64,000 nucleotides of DNA. It comes from Phycisphaerales bacterium (GTDB lineage Bacteria > Planctomycetota > Phycisphaerae > UBA1845). Location: assembly GCA_020852275.1 (NCBI GenBank), contig JADZBE010000017.1:64551-128550 (forward strand). Direction: 5' to 3'. A program made the position numbers and the translations under genes. Below the pieces are notes generated by a model. It made no database searches, was not told the origin of the DNA, and saw nothing but the letters and a program-made list of their open reading frames with translations. Numbering within the stretch: the first letter of the stretch is position 1; each line of letters begins with the position of its first letter. This document shows positions 9,905-19,032 of this stretch, in pieces.

Positions 9905-10678
9905 TCAACGGGACGGTTGAAGCACTCCGCTGATCGCGTTTTCCCCATCGTCCTGGTACGCGCCATACAACCGCAGGCGATCCGCAATGCGGTCAAACGG
10001 GACGCCATAGCGCGCAGGGAATACCTCGCGCGCCGCCGCGACGGCGTCCGCGCCCAGCAGTCCGCGGCACCCCTCGCACACGGAACCGTAGGCCGGGCAG
10101 ATTGCCCGACAACCCGCTCGCGTCAGCGGTCCCATGCACAATTCGCCTTTCTCATACCTGCAAAGATTCCCCAGTTTCTTGCACTCCGTGCAGACCGGGT
10201 CCGCCGGCAATCGGAATTGCTTGCCGGTCAGCGCGCACTTGACGAAATGGAGAAACTCCTCTTTAACCATCGGACATCCCGGAAGCTCGTAGTCCACCTT
10301 GACAACAGCGCTGAGCGGCCGCGCGCTTGTGGTCGGAAACCACTTTGCCCCCGCGCCATAAACATATTCCCGATATTCCAGCGGCGGCTGCTGGTGCTTG
10401 AGCGTGTTCACGCCGCCCAAACAGGCGCAGGCGCCAATGGCGACCAGTGTCCTGCAATGCTCGCGCAGCTTGCGAATCTCCTCCTCGTCCTGCGGTGTGG
10501 AGACCGCGCCGTCCACAAAGCCGACGTCAATGTCCCACGCGCGCTCCGTCATGCCTTCGCGGAAGTTGACAATTTCCACTCCGCCAAGCAGCGCGAGGAG
10601 CTGATCCTCAAGCTCAAGAATGGCCAGCGAACACCCTTCGCAACTGGTCAGGCTGAAAATGGCAATCCTGGGTTTCAT
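9905..10678 (-). CDS. [NiFe] hydrogenase small (delta) subunit, group 3 type
   Basis: MKPRIAIFSLTSCEGCSLAILE... with distal Cys clusters (GACACLGG, CPGCP-like LPGCP, CTECK...CMGP...GC...CP). Its start codon shares one nt with the upstream gene's stop (TGATG). Confidence 0.88.
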   Translation of the reverse strand: MKPRIAIFSLTSCEGCSLAILELEDQLLALLGGVEIVNFREGMTERAWDIDVGFVDGAVSTPQDEEEIRKLREHCRTLVAIGACACLGGVNTLKHQQPPLEYREYVYGAGAKWFPTTSARPLSAVVKVDYELPGCPMVKEEFLHFVKCALTGKQFRLPADPVCTECKKLGNLCRYEKGELCMGPLTRAGCRAICPAYGSVCEGCRGLLGADAVAAAREVFPARYGVPFDRIADRLRLYGAYQDDGENAISGVLQPSR

Positions 10679-11532
10679 CAGATGGCCTCCGGCAGGGAGC
10701 GCATGCGTTCATACGTGAACACCGGGCCGTCCGTGCAGACGTATTCAGAATTGATCTGGCAGTGTCCGCACTTTCCCACTCCGCATTTCATGCGCCGCTC
10801 CAGCGAGCAGAAGATGCGGTCCGCGGGCAGGCTGCGGGCCATGAGTTCGATCACGACGAACTTGAACATCACCGGCGGACCGATGACCACCGCGCTCGTC
10901 CGATCCGGGTCCAGCGGCGGCAGATCGGCAAAGAGCTTGGTCACGACGCCGCTGCGCCCGCGCCACTGCTCGTCGGGCCGGTCCACCGTCACCATGACGT
11001 TCATCAACGCGCTGTGCCGCCACAGGGACAGGTCGTGGCGAAACAGCACGTCCGCGGGCGTCTTGGTCCCGTACAACACATGGAACTGATCGAAGTGGTC
11101 GCGGCGGTCGATGATGTACTGAATCACCGACCGCGCCGGCGCCAGCCCCAGTCCGCCCGCGACGACGACCACGCTGTGCCCCTCCAACGAGCGCATGTTA
11201 AACCCGTTGCCGTAGGGTCCGCGGACGCCCAGCTCGTCGCCGGGGCGGAACCGATGAAAGTGCGACGTCACCTCGCCCACGCGGCGGACGCACAGCTCGA
11301 ACGCCCGCCCGCGCGTCGGCGACGAGCAGATGGAGATGGGCGACTCGCCGATGCCGGGCATCCATGCCTGCACGAACTGCCCCGGCCTGTGGTCCAGCGC
11401 CCGCCCGTGCCCCATCTCGAGCACGAAAAGTGTTTCAAGGTCCGTAAGCTTTTCGACATCGAGCACGCGCGCCGGTGTCGAAACATAGGGACTCGTGCGC
11501 ACACCCGCTTCCATGGATTCAATCACCGTCAT
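10678..11532 (-). CDS. hydrogenase gamma subunit: FAD/NAD(P)-binding oxidoreductase with a C-terminal [2Fe-2S] motif
   Basis: Ferredoxin-reductase-like fold (GQFVQAW...GESPISI..., VVVAGGLGLAP) and C-terminal CSLERRMKCGVGKCGHCQI. Confidence 0.85.
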   Translation of the reverse strand: MTVIESMEAGVRTSPYVSTPARVLDVEKLTDLETLFVLEMGHGRALDHRPGQFVQAWMPGIGESPISICSSPTRGRAFELCVRRVGEVTSHFHRFRPGDELGVRGPYGNGFNMRSLEGHSVVVVAGGLGLAPARSVIQYIIDRRDHFDQFHVLYGTKTPADVLFRHDLSLWRHSALMNVMVTVDRPDEQWRGRSGVVTKLFADLPPLDPDRTSAVVIGPPVMFKFVVIELMARSLPADRIFCSLERRMKCGVGKCGHCQINSEYVCTDGPVFTYERMRSLPEAI

Positions 11533-12583
11533 GGCCCGCCTCCTCCGCCAGCGCGTTGAACATCTCGCGGATGCTGATCTTCGCCGTGCAGGCGCCGTCG
11601 CACCGCCCGCATCCCACGCAGCCGGGCAGACCCGTGCGGTCCTGGATCCACCGTCCCTTGCGCATCACGCGATGGCGCAGGCGCTGCGCCGGGTCGGAGC
11701 GGAAGTTGTGCCCGCCCGCCACCAGCGCAAAATCCCGCAGCTGGCAGCCGTCCCACTCGCGCACCCGCGAGCCGCAGTTTCCATCGAGCGAAATATCGTC
11801 GCGGATGTTGAAGCAGTAGCACGTCGGGCACACCAGGTTGCAGCTTCCGCAGGAGTAGCAGCGCTGCGCGGTCTGCGCCCACGTCTTCGAAGCGAACCCG
11901 CGCTGCAGCGCCATCGGCAGCTCGTCCACGTCGCAACGAAGGCGCTTGGGAAACGCCTGTCGCTTCCGCGCCGCACGTTCAGCCCGCGCGGCCTCATCGA
12001 CAGCGCCGGGTGCGCGTCCGCGACCGAATTCCGCCAGCACGTTCTCCCCGGTCTCGCTCCCGGCTTCGATCGCGTAGGTCGCGCGAGCTTCCAGCTTTTC
12101 CGCAAGCCGGGCGACCATCAGGTCAAAGCCCAGATGCGCCGTGTTCGCACTCATGTCCGCGCAGAACGCCTCCGCCCGGCAGGGTTCGGCGCAGTCCATC
12201 CCGAGGATGAAAGTTTGCCGGCGCCGCGCCTCGTAGTGCGCGTCGCCGGGCGGCGCGGCGAAGACGTGGTCCAGCAGGCGGATGCCGTGAATGTCGCAGG
12301 GGCGGACGGCGATCAGCGCGATCGGCGCGTCGTGCAGGACCGGCTGCGCGACGAAGCGACCGCTCTCTTTCTCGAACGTCAGCAACGTCTCTTCCGGCGG
12401 AAACAGAAACGACTTGGGGCTGTACACGCACTGCGGAGCATCCAGCGCCAGCCGCGCGGCGCCGGCGACCGGCTCGTAAAAATAATGATCGCCGCGACGC
12501 ACGGGGCCGATCAGCCGCCGCGACGCGCCCAGAAGGTCGATCAGCTCGATCAACTCCGCATGACTGAGGATTCGACCGGTCAT
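11519..12583 (-). CDS. hydrogenase beta subunit: 4Fe-4S dicluster protein (AsrA/HydB-like)
   Basis: Inner part of track ORF 11519..12784 from MTGRILSHAEL, with a GGAGGAGG RBS upstream. Cys motifs are CYSCGSCNLVCPTCYCF and CVGCGRCDGAC. Confidence 0.8.
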   Translation of the reverse strand: MTGRILSHAELIELIDLLGASRRLIGPVRRGDHYFYEPVAGAARLALDAPQCVYSPKSFLFPPEETLLTFEKESGRFVAQPVLHDAPIALIAVRPCDIHGIRLLDHVFAAPPGDAHYEARRRQTFILGMDCAEPCRAEAFCADMSANTAHLGFDLMVARLAEKLEARATYAIEAGSETGENVLAEFGRGRAPGAVDEAARAERAARKRQAFPKRLRCDVDELPMALQRGFASKTWAQTAQRCYSCGSCNLVCPTCYCFNIRDDISLDGNCGSRVREWDGCQLRDFALVAGGHNFRSDPAQRLRHRVMRKGRWIQDRTGLPGCVGCGRCDGACTAKISIREMFNALAEEAGHDGD

Positions 12584-12701
12584 GTCCAGCCTCCTCCAGA
12601 TACGCTTGACTTCACCTTGCCGACGAAACCCGGCCTGCGCCGACAAGCACCTGGCCGACCGACGGCGATTCTCTACTCTCGTGCGGGCGTCGACTCGGGC
12701 A

Positions 12702-14222
12702 TTACGCGCATTCCTTGGCGCGCGGCAGCGACAGCACGATTGTCGTGCCTTCGCTGACTTTCGACTGCACGGCGACGCGACCACCGGCCTGATCGAACAC
12801 TTCCTTCACGATCGCCAGCCCCAATCCGGAGCCGGGCACGCCAGCCTTCAACGCCGTCTGACCGCGACGAAACGGTTCGAACAACTCCGCGTAGGATTCC
12901 TCTGCAATTCCTATGCCGGTATCAGCAATGCGGACGTCGATGTCGCGCGCGTTGGGCACGATGGAAACCGTGACGGCGCCCCCCGCAGGGGTGTACTTCA
13001 GCGCGTTATCCAGCACATTGCCGAGGCAGTCCTCCAGGTCTCGGTCGTCCACCGCCACGCGCAGGCTCGGGTGCGGGCACGGCGCATAAAGCTCGCCCTG
13101 GGCAGCGTCGATTGCGTCGCGCTCCGCGCTCTTTCGTTCACAGGGATCGATGAACGACGAACGCTCGACGACGGGCGCGCTGAGCGTCACGCCTTTTGCC
13201 AGCGCCGGCTCGGCAAACCGCACGTGCAGTTTCAGCAGAATCGTCTCGACGTTGGTCTGTGCGGAGACGTGCCGATCAGGCGTGTTCTGCTCGATGCGCG
13301 CCAGGGTCAGCAGTTCGGAGACCTGCTCGATGCCCGAGGCGCACCGGCGGATAATACGCTCCGCCACGTCGTGTATCTGCCCGCCCGTCGCCACGCCGTC
13401 GCGCACCAGCGCCGCCAGCGTCTGAATCACCGCGATGGGGCTTTTCAGTTGATGCGCCGCCGTCCACGTGAAGCGCGCCCGCTGCGCCTGCATCTTCTGG
13501 ATGGCCTGGTAACTGGCGGTCAAATGCCTGTGCGTCTGCTCCAGCGTGCGCTCCTGCGCGTCGAGGTGAAAGCTGATGCGCATCATAGACAGCAGGCAGC
13601 CGCTGATCGCCACCGCCAGCGCGCCAATCGCCGCCAGCACGCTCGCGCCGTCCTCATGCAATCTCAGTCCCGCGACCGTCGGCAGGAACGAGTAATGCGG
13701 CGTCAGCCAGCCCGCCCACTCGCCCACCACCACCGTGCTGTAAAGCACCAGCGCGGCCGCCCCCTGCACCATGGCGTTGAGCGACCGCAGGAGCTGCGCG
13801 GCCAGTACGACGTGAAACAGGTAGAACACGACCAGCGGGTTCTCCACTCCGCCGGTAAAGCGGAGCATGACCGTCAGCAGCAGCAGGTCCACGATCATCT
13901 GTGCGTTGGTCAGGATGGCGACGGAGGTGAGGATGTCCGGCCCCGGCATCGCGGGCGCGACGGGAATCGGCACCTGACGGTGCAGGATGATCCACACCAC
14001 GTTGGCCAGGCCCAGCAGTCCGGCGCACACGAGCACGCCCGCCGGACGGTTCGCCCCGGGAAGAACGACGCGATCCACCATGATCAGGCCGATCGCCGCC
14101 AGCAGGATGATCCATCGCCAGAGGATGAGCCAGCGGGCGCGCATCAGGTCGAGCAGCACGCGCGCGCGGAAGTCGCCGCTGGGGTAGAAGTTGCGCAGGA
14201 TGGCGTCTCGCATGGGCATCAT
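12702..14222 (-). CDS. membrane sensor histidine kinase (HisKA + HATPase_c)
   Basis: N-terminal hydrophobic helices; H-box FTWTAAHQLKSPIAVI; ATPase motifs NALKYTP, DTGIGI and GSGLGLAIV. Confidence 0.85.
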   Translation of the reverse strand: MMPMRDAILRNFYPSGDFRARVLLDLMRARWLILWRWIILLAAIGLIMVDRVVLPGANRPAGVLVCAGLLGLANVVWIILHRQVPIPVAPAMPGPDILTSVAILTNAQMIVDLLLLTVMLRFTGGVENPLVVFYLFHVVLAAQLLRSLNAMVQGAAALVLYSTVVVGEWAGWLTPHYSFLPTVAGLRLHEDGASVLAAIGALAVAISGCLLSMMRISFHLDAQERTLEQTHRHLTASYQAIQKMQAQRARFTWTAAHQLKSPIAVIQTLAALVRDGVATGGQIHDVAERIIRRCASGIEQVSELLTLARIEQNTPDRHVSAQTNVETILLKLHVRFAEPALAKGVTLSAPVVERSSFIDPCERKSAERDAIDAAQGELYAPCPHPSLRVAVDDRDLEDCLGNVLDNALKYTPAGGAVTVSIVPNARDIDVRIADTGIGIAEESYAELFEPFRRGQTALKAGVPGSGLGLAIVKEVFDQAGGRVAVQSKVSEGTTIVLSLPRAKECA

Positions 14223-14272
14223 GACGTCGGCTCTGCGGATGCCGGCTTGGCGGCCGCGGCAACGGAGGGCGT

Positions 14273-14716
14273 CTAATTTTCCGCGCGCGCCGAGTCGCTT
14301 CCCGTCGCACAGCTCGCGTCGCGCCCGCGGCGATCCAGCGTCTGCCGCACCACGCGCCGCACCGCTTCAGCCGTGAGCGGCTTTTCCAGAAAATCCTCGA
14401 CGGGCATGTAGTCCGAGCCAAGCTCACGCGCGTAGTCCATCCCCATCTTCTTGCCGATGGCCGAAATCATCACGATGGGCATGTCGCGCAACTGCTCGTC
14501 CTGCCGAACCTCGTAGGCGATGTGGAACCCCTCGGACGGCGTGGACAGCATAATGTCCAGCAGCAGCAGATCCGGCGGCTCGGCGTGAAGCCGCGCCACG
14601 CCTTCCGGTCCGGTCGAGCAGCACGCGACCCGATACCCCGCCGGTTCGAGGATCATCTTCAGCGCATCGCAGACGTCCGGATCGTCGTCAATCACCAGTA
14701 TGCGTTCAGCGGACAT
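14273..14716 (-). CDS. single-domain response regulator (receiver)
   Basis: From MSAERILVIDDDPDVCDAL...DLLLLDIML...EKPL. I chose the ATG at 14714-14716 over the longer track ORF. Confidence 0.85.
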   Translation of the reverse strand: MSAERILVIDDDPDVCDALKMILEPAGYRVACCSTGPEGVARLHAEPPDLLLLDIMLSTPSEGFHIAYEVRQDEQLRDMPIVMISAIGKKMGMDYARELGSDYMPVEDFLEKPLTAEAVRRVVRQTLDRRGRDASCATGSDSARAEN

Positions 14717-14804
14717 GACTCCGTCTCCTTCTCTGAGACCCGTCAGCAGCCAACTCAACCCGCGACAGCACGCGCGCCGGATGCCGTCGGCCCTGGCGCA
14801 TGGC

Positions 14805-16001
14805 TCAACAGATCCGCGGAAGATCCTCTCCGTAAGGCCGCTGGACCACGCGACGCCCGCCCGCCTCGGTCAACAGTTCCACCAGCGGCGGCGTTGCGTC
14901 GGTCACGCGACCGATGATCGCCGCCTCCCGCCCGTAACGATGCCGGCGCATCACCTCCAGCGCCGCCGCAGCCTGGCGCTCCGCGACCACGAAAACGGCC
15001 TTACCCTCGTTGGCGATGTTGAGCACGTCGAAACCCAGCATCTCCGCCGCCGCCTCGACGTTGGAACGAACCGGCAAGCGGCGTTCCTCAATCTCGATGC
15101 TGTGCCCCGCGCGCTCGGCAACGTCCGCCAGCACGCCTGCAAGCCCGCCGCGCGTGGCGTCGCGCAAGAACTTCAGGTCGATCCCCGCATCGGGGAGCAC
15201 CCCGATCAGCCCGTTGAGCGGCGCGGCGTCGGAGCTGATCCGCGTCTGAAACTCCAGTCCGTTGCGCACGGACATCACGGCCATCCCGTGGTCGCCTAGT
15301 GTGCCGTTCACCAGCACCGCGTCGCCCGGAGTGATCCGTGAAAAGCCGACGTGGATGCGCGGATCCAGCGCCGCCACGCCCGCGGTGTTCACCAGCAGAC
15401 CCGTGCCCGCGCCGCGCTCGATGACCTTCGTGTCGCCGGTCACGACGCGCACGCCGGCTTCCTGTGCGGCCTGCTTGATCGAGACCAGAATCCGGTCCAG
15501 TTGCGCCAGCTCCAGCCCTTCCTCCAGGATCAGCCCCAGGCTCAGCCCGAGCGGAAGCCCGCCCATCACCGCAAGGTCGTTGACCGTCCCGCACACCGCC
15601 AGCCGGCCGATGTCCCCGCCGGGAAACTCCAGAGGTTTGACCACGAAAGAGTCGGTCGTGAAGACCATCTTGGAGGTGGGGCAGGGGAGGATGGCGCCGT
15701 CGGTCAGATCGTCAAGGACAGGGTTGCCCAGACGCGTCAGGATGCGCTCGCTGATAAGCCTCCCCATCATCTCGCCGCCGCCACCGTGCGCGAGGACGAC
15801 GATGTCGTCGCGGCCTGGGGTGGCGCGCTCGGGACGTGCGGCAGGGGGTGCCGGATATTCCGTTGCCTGTGTGCTCACGGATCGAACCTCCTCTGAATGT
15901 TCGCCTGTTGCAGAACCGGCGGTTCGTTCTGGTTTGGCTACATTGCTCGCCGGCTCAGAGAGCCACCGGACCAGAGGCCGCTTAGAGAGCGGCCCCACCA
16001 A
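14805..16001 (-). CDS. hypE: hydrogenase maturation protein HypE (start uncertain, probably downstream of 16001)
   Basis: AIR-synthase-like motifs (LAHGGGG, ...DSFVV...) and the diagnostic C-terminal ...PRIC. Confidence 0.88.
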   Translation of the reverse strand: MVGPLSKRPLVRWLSEPASNVAKPERTAGSATGEHSEEVRSVSTQATEYPAPPAARPERATPGRDDIVVLAHGGGGEMMGRLISERILTRLGNPVLDDLTDGAILPCPTSKMVFTTDSFVVKPLEFPGGDIGRLAVCGTVNDLAVMGGLPLGLSLGLILEEGLELAQLDRILVSIKQAAQEAGVRVVTGDTKVIERGAGTGLLVNTAGVAALDPRIHVGFSRITPGDAVLVNGTLGDHGMAVMSVRNGLEFQTRISSDAAPLNGLIGVLPDAGIDLKFLRDATRGGLAGVLADVAERAGHSIEIEERRLPVRSNVEAAAEMLGFDVLNIANEGKAVFVVAERQAAAALEVMRRHRYGREAAIIGRVTDATPPLVELLTEAGGRRVVQRPYGEDLPRIC

Positions 16002-17088
16002 CAGCGGCCCTCCCGACAGCGGTCCTGCCGTACTTGTACCATGCGCTGCACGTGCCCTCGCTGCTGACCATGCACGGTCCCAGCGGCGACAGCGGTGTGC
16101 ACGCGGTCCCGAACACTTTGCAGTCCTTCGGATGAATCCGCCCCTGAATTACCTCGCCGCAGCGGCAGGCCGGGTGGTCCTCGTCCTCGCCCAGCTCGAC
16201 CCCGAAGCGCGCCAGCGCGTCGAAACGCTCGTACGCGGGTCGCAGCTTCAGTCCGCTTTTCGCAATCACCCCCAGCTCGCGCCACGGCTCATCCGCCACC
16301 GTGAACACTTCATCCAGCAGCTCGAGCGCCGCGCGATTGCCCCGATCCGAAACCACCTGCGGATACACGTTTTCCAGCCGCGCCGTGCCCTCGGAAGTCT
16401 GTCGCAGCAGTGCGACCAATCCCGCCAACATGCCTTCCGGCTCGAAGCCGGCCACCACGCAGGGCCGGTGATGGCGCTCGACGACGGGGCGATAGGCCTC
16501 CGCTCCGATGATGACGCTGACGTGCCCGGGGCACAGAAACCCGTCCAGCCGGTCGTCGCCGCTTGCCAGCAGCGCCAGCATCGCCGGCACCACCAGCTTG
16601 TGCGCCGCCAGCACGCTGAAGTTTCGCACGCCCTCCTGCAGCGCGCGCTTCAGCGCCGCGGCGGTGGCCGGCGCGGTGGTCTCGAATCCGACGGCCACGA
16701 ACACGACCTCGCGCAGCGGGTTGTCGCGTGCGAGCTTCAGCGCCGTCAGCGTCGAATTGACCGCCCGCACGTCCGCCCCGAGCGCCCGCGACGCCTCCAG
16801 ACTCCCCAGCCGGCCCGGCACGCGGATCATGTCCCCGTACGTCGCCAGGATCACGCTGCTCACCCGGCTCAACGCGATGGCCGCGTCGATGTGCCGTTGC
16901 GCCGTGACGCAGACCGGGCAGCCAGGCCCGCTGATCAGCACCACGTTGGGCGGCAGCAGTGAGCGCAGTCCATGCCGAAACATGGACACGGTGTGCGTGC
17001 CGCAGACCTCCATAAAGCGCGCCTCGCGCCCGACCCGCTCCGAGAGTCGGTGCAGTTCCGCCGTCAGTAGTCCGACGTCTGCGCGCAT
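15982..17088 (-). CDS. hypD: hydrogenase maturation protein HypD
   Basis: From MRADVGLL...FMEVCGTHT..., GPGCPVCV, ...FETTAP..., ...PGHVS... and a ...CSAWYKY C-terminal region. Confidence 0.9.
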   Translation of the reverse strand: MRADVGLLTAELHRLSERVGREARFMEVCGTHTVSMFRHGLRSLLPPNVVLISGPGCPVCVTAQRHIDAAIALSRVSSVILATYGDMIRVPGRLGSLEASRALGADVRAVNSTLTALKLARDNPLREVVFVAVGFETTAPATAAALKRALQEGVRNFSVLAAHKLVVPAMLALLASGDDRLDGFLCPGHVSVIIGAEAYRPVVERHHRPCVVAGFEPEGMLAGLVALLRQTSEGTARLENVYPQVVSDRGNRAALELLDEVFTVADEPWRELGVIAKSGLKLRPAYERFDALARFGVELGEDEDHPACRCGEVIQGRIHPKDCKVFGTACTPLSPLGPCMVSSEGTCSAWYKYGRTAVGRAAVGGAAL

Positions 17089-17093
17089 CTCGG

Positions 17094-17339
17094 TCAGGCC
17101 TCCGTCCCGGCGCCCTCGCGGATGTCCCGCGGATCCACGCCTTCCAAGTATTTCCACGTCTCGCGGGCGTCGGCTTCGTCCAGCATCGTGATCGCAAACC
17201 CCGCGTGAACGAGAACCCACTCGCCGGGCGAGGCCTGCGGCGTCAGCGCCATGCAGACCTCCGACTGGTTGCCGTTGAAGTCCACGCGCGCCCGATCGCC
17301 GGACACTTCAAGCACTCGACCTGGCACGGCTAAGCACAC
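17094..17339 (-). CDS. hypC: hydrogenase maturation protein HypC (GTG start)
   Basis: (V/M)CLAVPGRVLEVSGDRARVDFNGNQSEV...GEWVLVHAGFAI. The conserved N-terminal MCLxxP requires the GTG at 17337-17339. The longer track ORF reads through a 14-bp repeat array. Confidence 0.85.
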   Translation of the reverse strand: MCLAVPGRVLEVSGDRARVDFNGNQSEVCMALTPQASPGEWVLVHAGFAITMLDEADARETWKYLEGVDPRDIREGAGTEA

Positions 17340-17401
17340 GATTCGAGGTCTCCTTTGCCACGGAGGGTGCAAGCGCCATGCGCGGTCGCACCCCGCCTGG
17401 G

Positions 17402-17499
17402 GTGACATGCCTGGCGTGACACGCCCGGCGTGGCATGCCTGGCGTGGCATGCCTGGCGTTGCACGCATGGGGTGGCATGCCTGGGGTGGCATGCTCTCG
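17402..17499. repeat. 14-bp tandem repeat x7 (consensus GTGGCATGCCTGGC) containing the palindrome GGCATGCC
   Basis: Direct reading gives gtgacatgcctggc gtgacacgcccggc gtggcatgcctggc gtggcatgcctggc gttgcacgcatggg gtggcatgcctggg gtggcatgctctcg. It lies in the hypF-hypC gap. Confidence 0.9.
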
Positions 17500-17629
17500 C
17501 CGTACTCGGCGTGAGCATGTCATTCGTCAGGCGCTTGCCAACATGGCTACCCCCTGCGCCTCAAGCCACACCACCCGCTCCATGAACGTGCAGACCGCTT
17601 CAGCATGCGCCCGCAACGCGCCGAGCGAT

Positions 17630-18751
17630 TCAAACTCGCGCATACGCCGCGACCACGGCCTGACCCAGCGCCAGCCCCGCGTCACCCGTGGACACACGTT
17701 GATGTACGGCAACCTGAATGCCGCGCGACCGCATTCGCCGGACGATTCCTTCGCGGAGTCGGACGTTGAGAAAGCAGCCACCCGACAGCACCACGCGATG
17801 GGCGCCACGCTGTTGCGCAGCCTCTGCCGCGGATGAGGCGAACATTTCCACCATGGTTGCGTGGAAACGCGCACTTAATATGTTCGCTGGCGCGCCGGAC
17901 TCTTGCTCATCGAGCATCGCCCGCAGCGCCGCAGTCCAATCCAACTCCATTGTTGAACCCATAATGCGAGTCTCGAACGGGTACGGCAATGCGTCACTGA
18001 CATCGCCCGCCTCGCGCTCGAGCAGCATCGGCGCCTGACCCAGCGCCGGCTCAGGCGGACAGACGCCGAGGAGAAATGCAGCCGCGTCGAGCAAGCGCCC
18101 CAGGCTCGACGTGCGAGGCACATACAAGCCCGCACGCATCTGGCGTTGCACAAGCTCCAGCTCCGCAGCGCGAACCTGCGCGAACGTGGGGGGGAGATTC
18201 ACGCATGCGCCCTCCGACCGCACCGCATCGATCGCCGCCAGCGCCGTCCGCCACGGCGCGCGAATGGCCGCGTCCCCACCCGGCAAGGCGAAGGTCCGCA
18301 GATGCGCCAACCTCTGAAATTCCGGGGGATCGCACAGCAGCACCTCCCCGCCCCAGATGGTCCCGTCCGCGCCCCAGCCCGTCCCGTCGCACACGATGCC
18401 GACCACCGGAAACTCAAACCCCGCGTCAACGGCGCAGCTTGCGGCGTGCGCGAAATGGTGCTGGACCTCAACCGTGCGACGACCCAGGCTTCGAGCATGG
18501 CGCGACGAGGCGTACGTCGGATGAAGGTCGCAGGCCACGACCCCGCCCTCGCGCAGACACGACTCCCCCATCCGCCGCACGTTCTCGAGGAACCGTCGAT
18601 ACGTCGGCCCGTCGTCCAAGTCGGCATGTTCCTCGCTGAGCAGCGCCTCGTCGTCGCGCAACGCGCAAACCCGGTTGCGCGTCTGTGATCCCAGCGCCAG
18701 CACGGGCCGGTCGTATCGCTTCGTCAGAGGGATCTTCACCGCCTCAGGCAT
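17630..18751 (-). CDS. hypF: truncated HypF-like carbamoyltransferase (C-terminal Kae1/ASKHA-like module only)
   Basis: 373 aa with VLALGSQTRNRVCAL..., CDLHPTYASSRHA, VQHHFAHAASC and GIVCDGTGWGADGTIWGGEVL. I see no acylphosphatase, Zn-finger or YrdC-like region, and there is no upstream ORF that could supply them. Confidence 0.75.
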   Translation of the reverse strand: MPEAVKIPLTKRYDRPVLALGSQTRNRVCALRDDEALLSEEHADLDDGPTYRRFLENVRRMGESCLREGGVVACDLHPTYASSRHARSLGRRTVEVQHHFAHAASCAVDAGFEFPVVGIVCDGTGWGADGTIWGGEVLLCDPPEFQRLAHLRTFALPGGDAAIRAPWRTALAAIDAVRSEGACVNLPPTFAQVRAAELELVQRQMRAGLYVPRTSSLGRLLDAAAFLLGVCPPEPALGQAPMLLEREAGDVSDALPYPFETRIMGSTMELDWTAALRAMLDEQESGAPANILSARFHATMVEMFASSAAEAAQQRGAHRVVLSGGCFLNVRLREGIVRRMRSRGIQVAVHQRVSTGDAGLALGQAVVAAYARV

Positions 18752-19032
18752 CCGTTACGCGCTCCCACTCTGCCAATCGTGCGCGACAACCCCTGGATAA
18801 TGTTGCAAAACGCGAGCCGCGGGGTTCAGCCCGCGCGAATTCTCCGATGAGTGAAAATGCCGTACAGACCATCCCGCAGGTTCCCCCGCAAGGCAGTATC
18901 CGTCCAGCGAGGGGAAGGACGAGGGTGAATGCCAGGTTGTTGAACAACGCCGTCACTGCCGCGCAGGCGGGAATCCAGCGGACCGGCGGTGCGCCCCAAC
19001 CCCCACCATCGCGGGGCAACGAACGACTCCAC

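Noticed and set aside
12625-12645. GGCCAG-N4-TTGT upstream of the hydrogenase beta subunit as a sigma54 promoter
   Set aside because: The -12 element lacks the conserved GC dinucleotide and the -24 box is weak. It is indistinguishable from chance.
17340-17492. N-terminal extension of the hypC ORF (track ORF 17094..17492) and other ORFs reading through the 14-bp repeats
   Set aside because: The 14-bp period is incompatible with coding. HypC family proteins begin with MCLxxP, which here is supplied by the GTG at 17337-17339.
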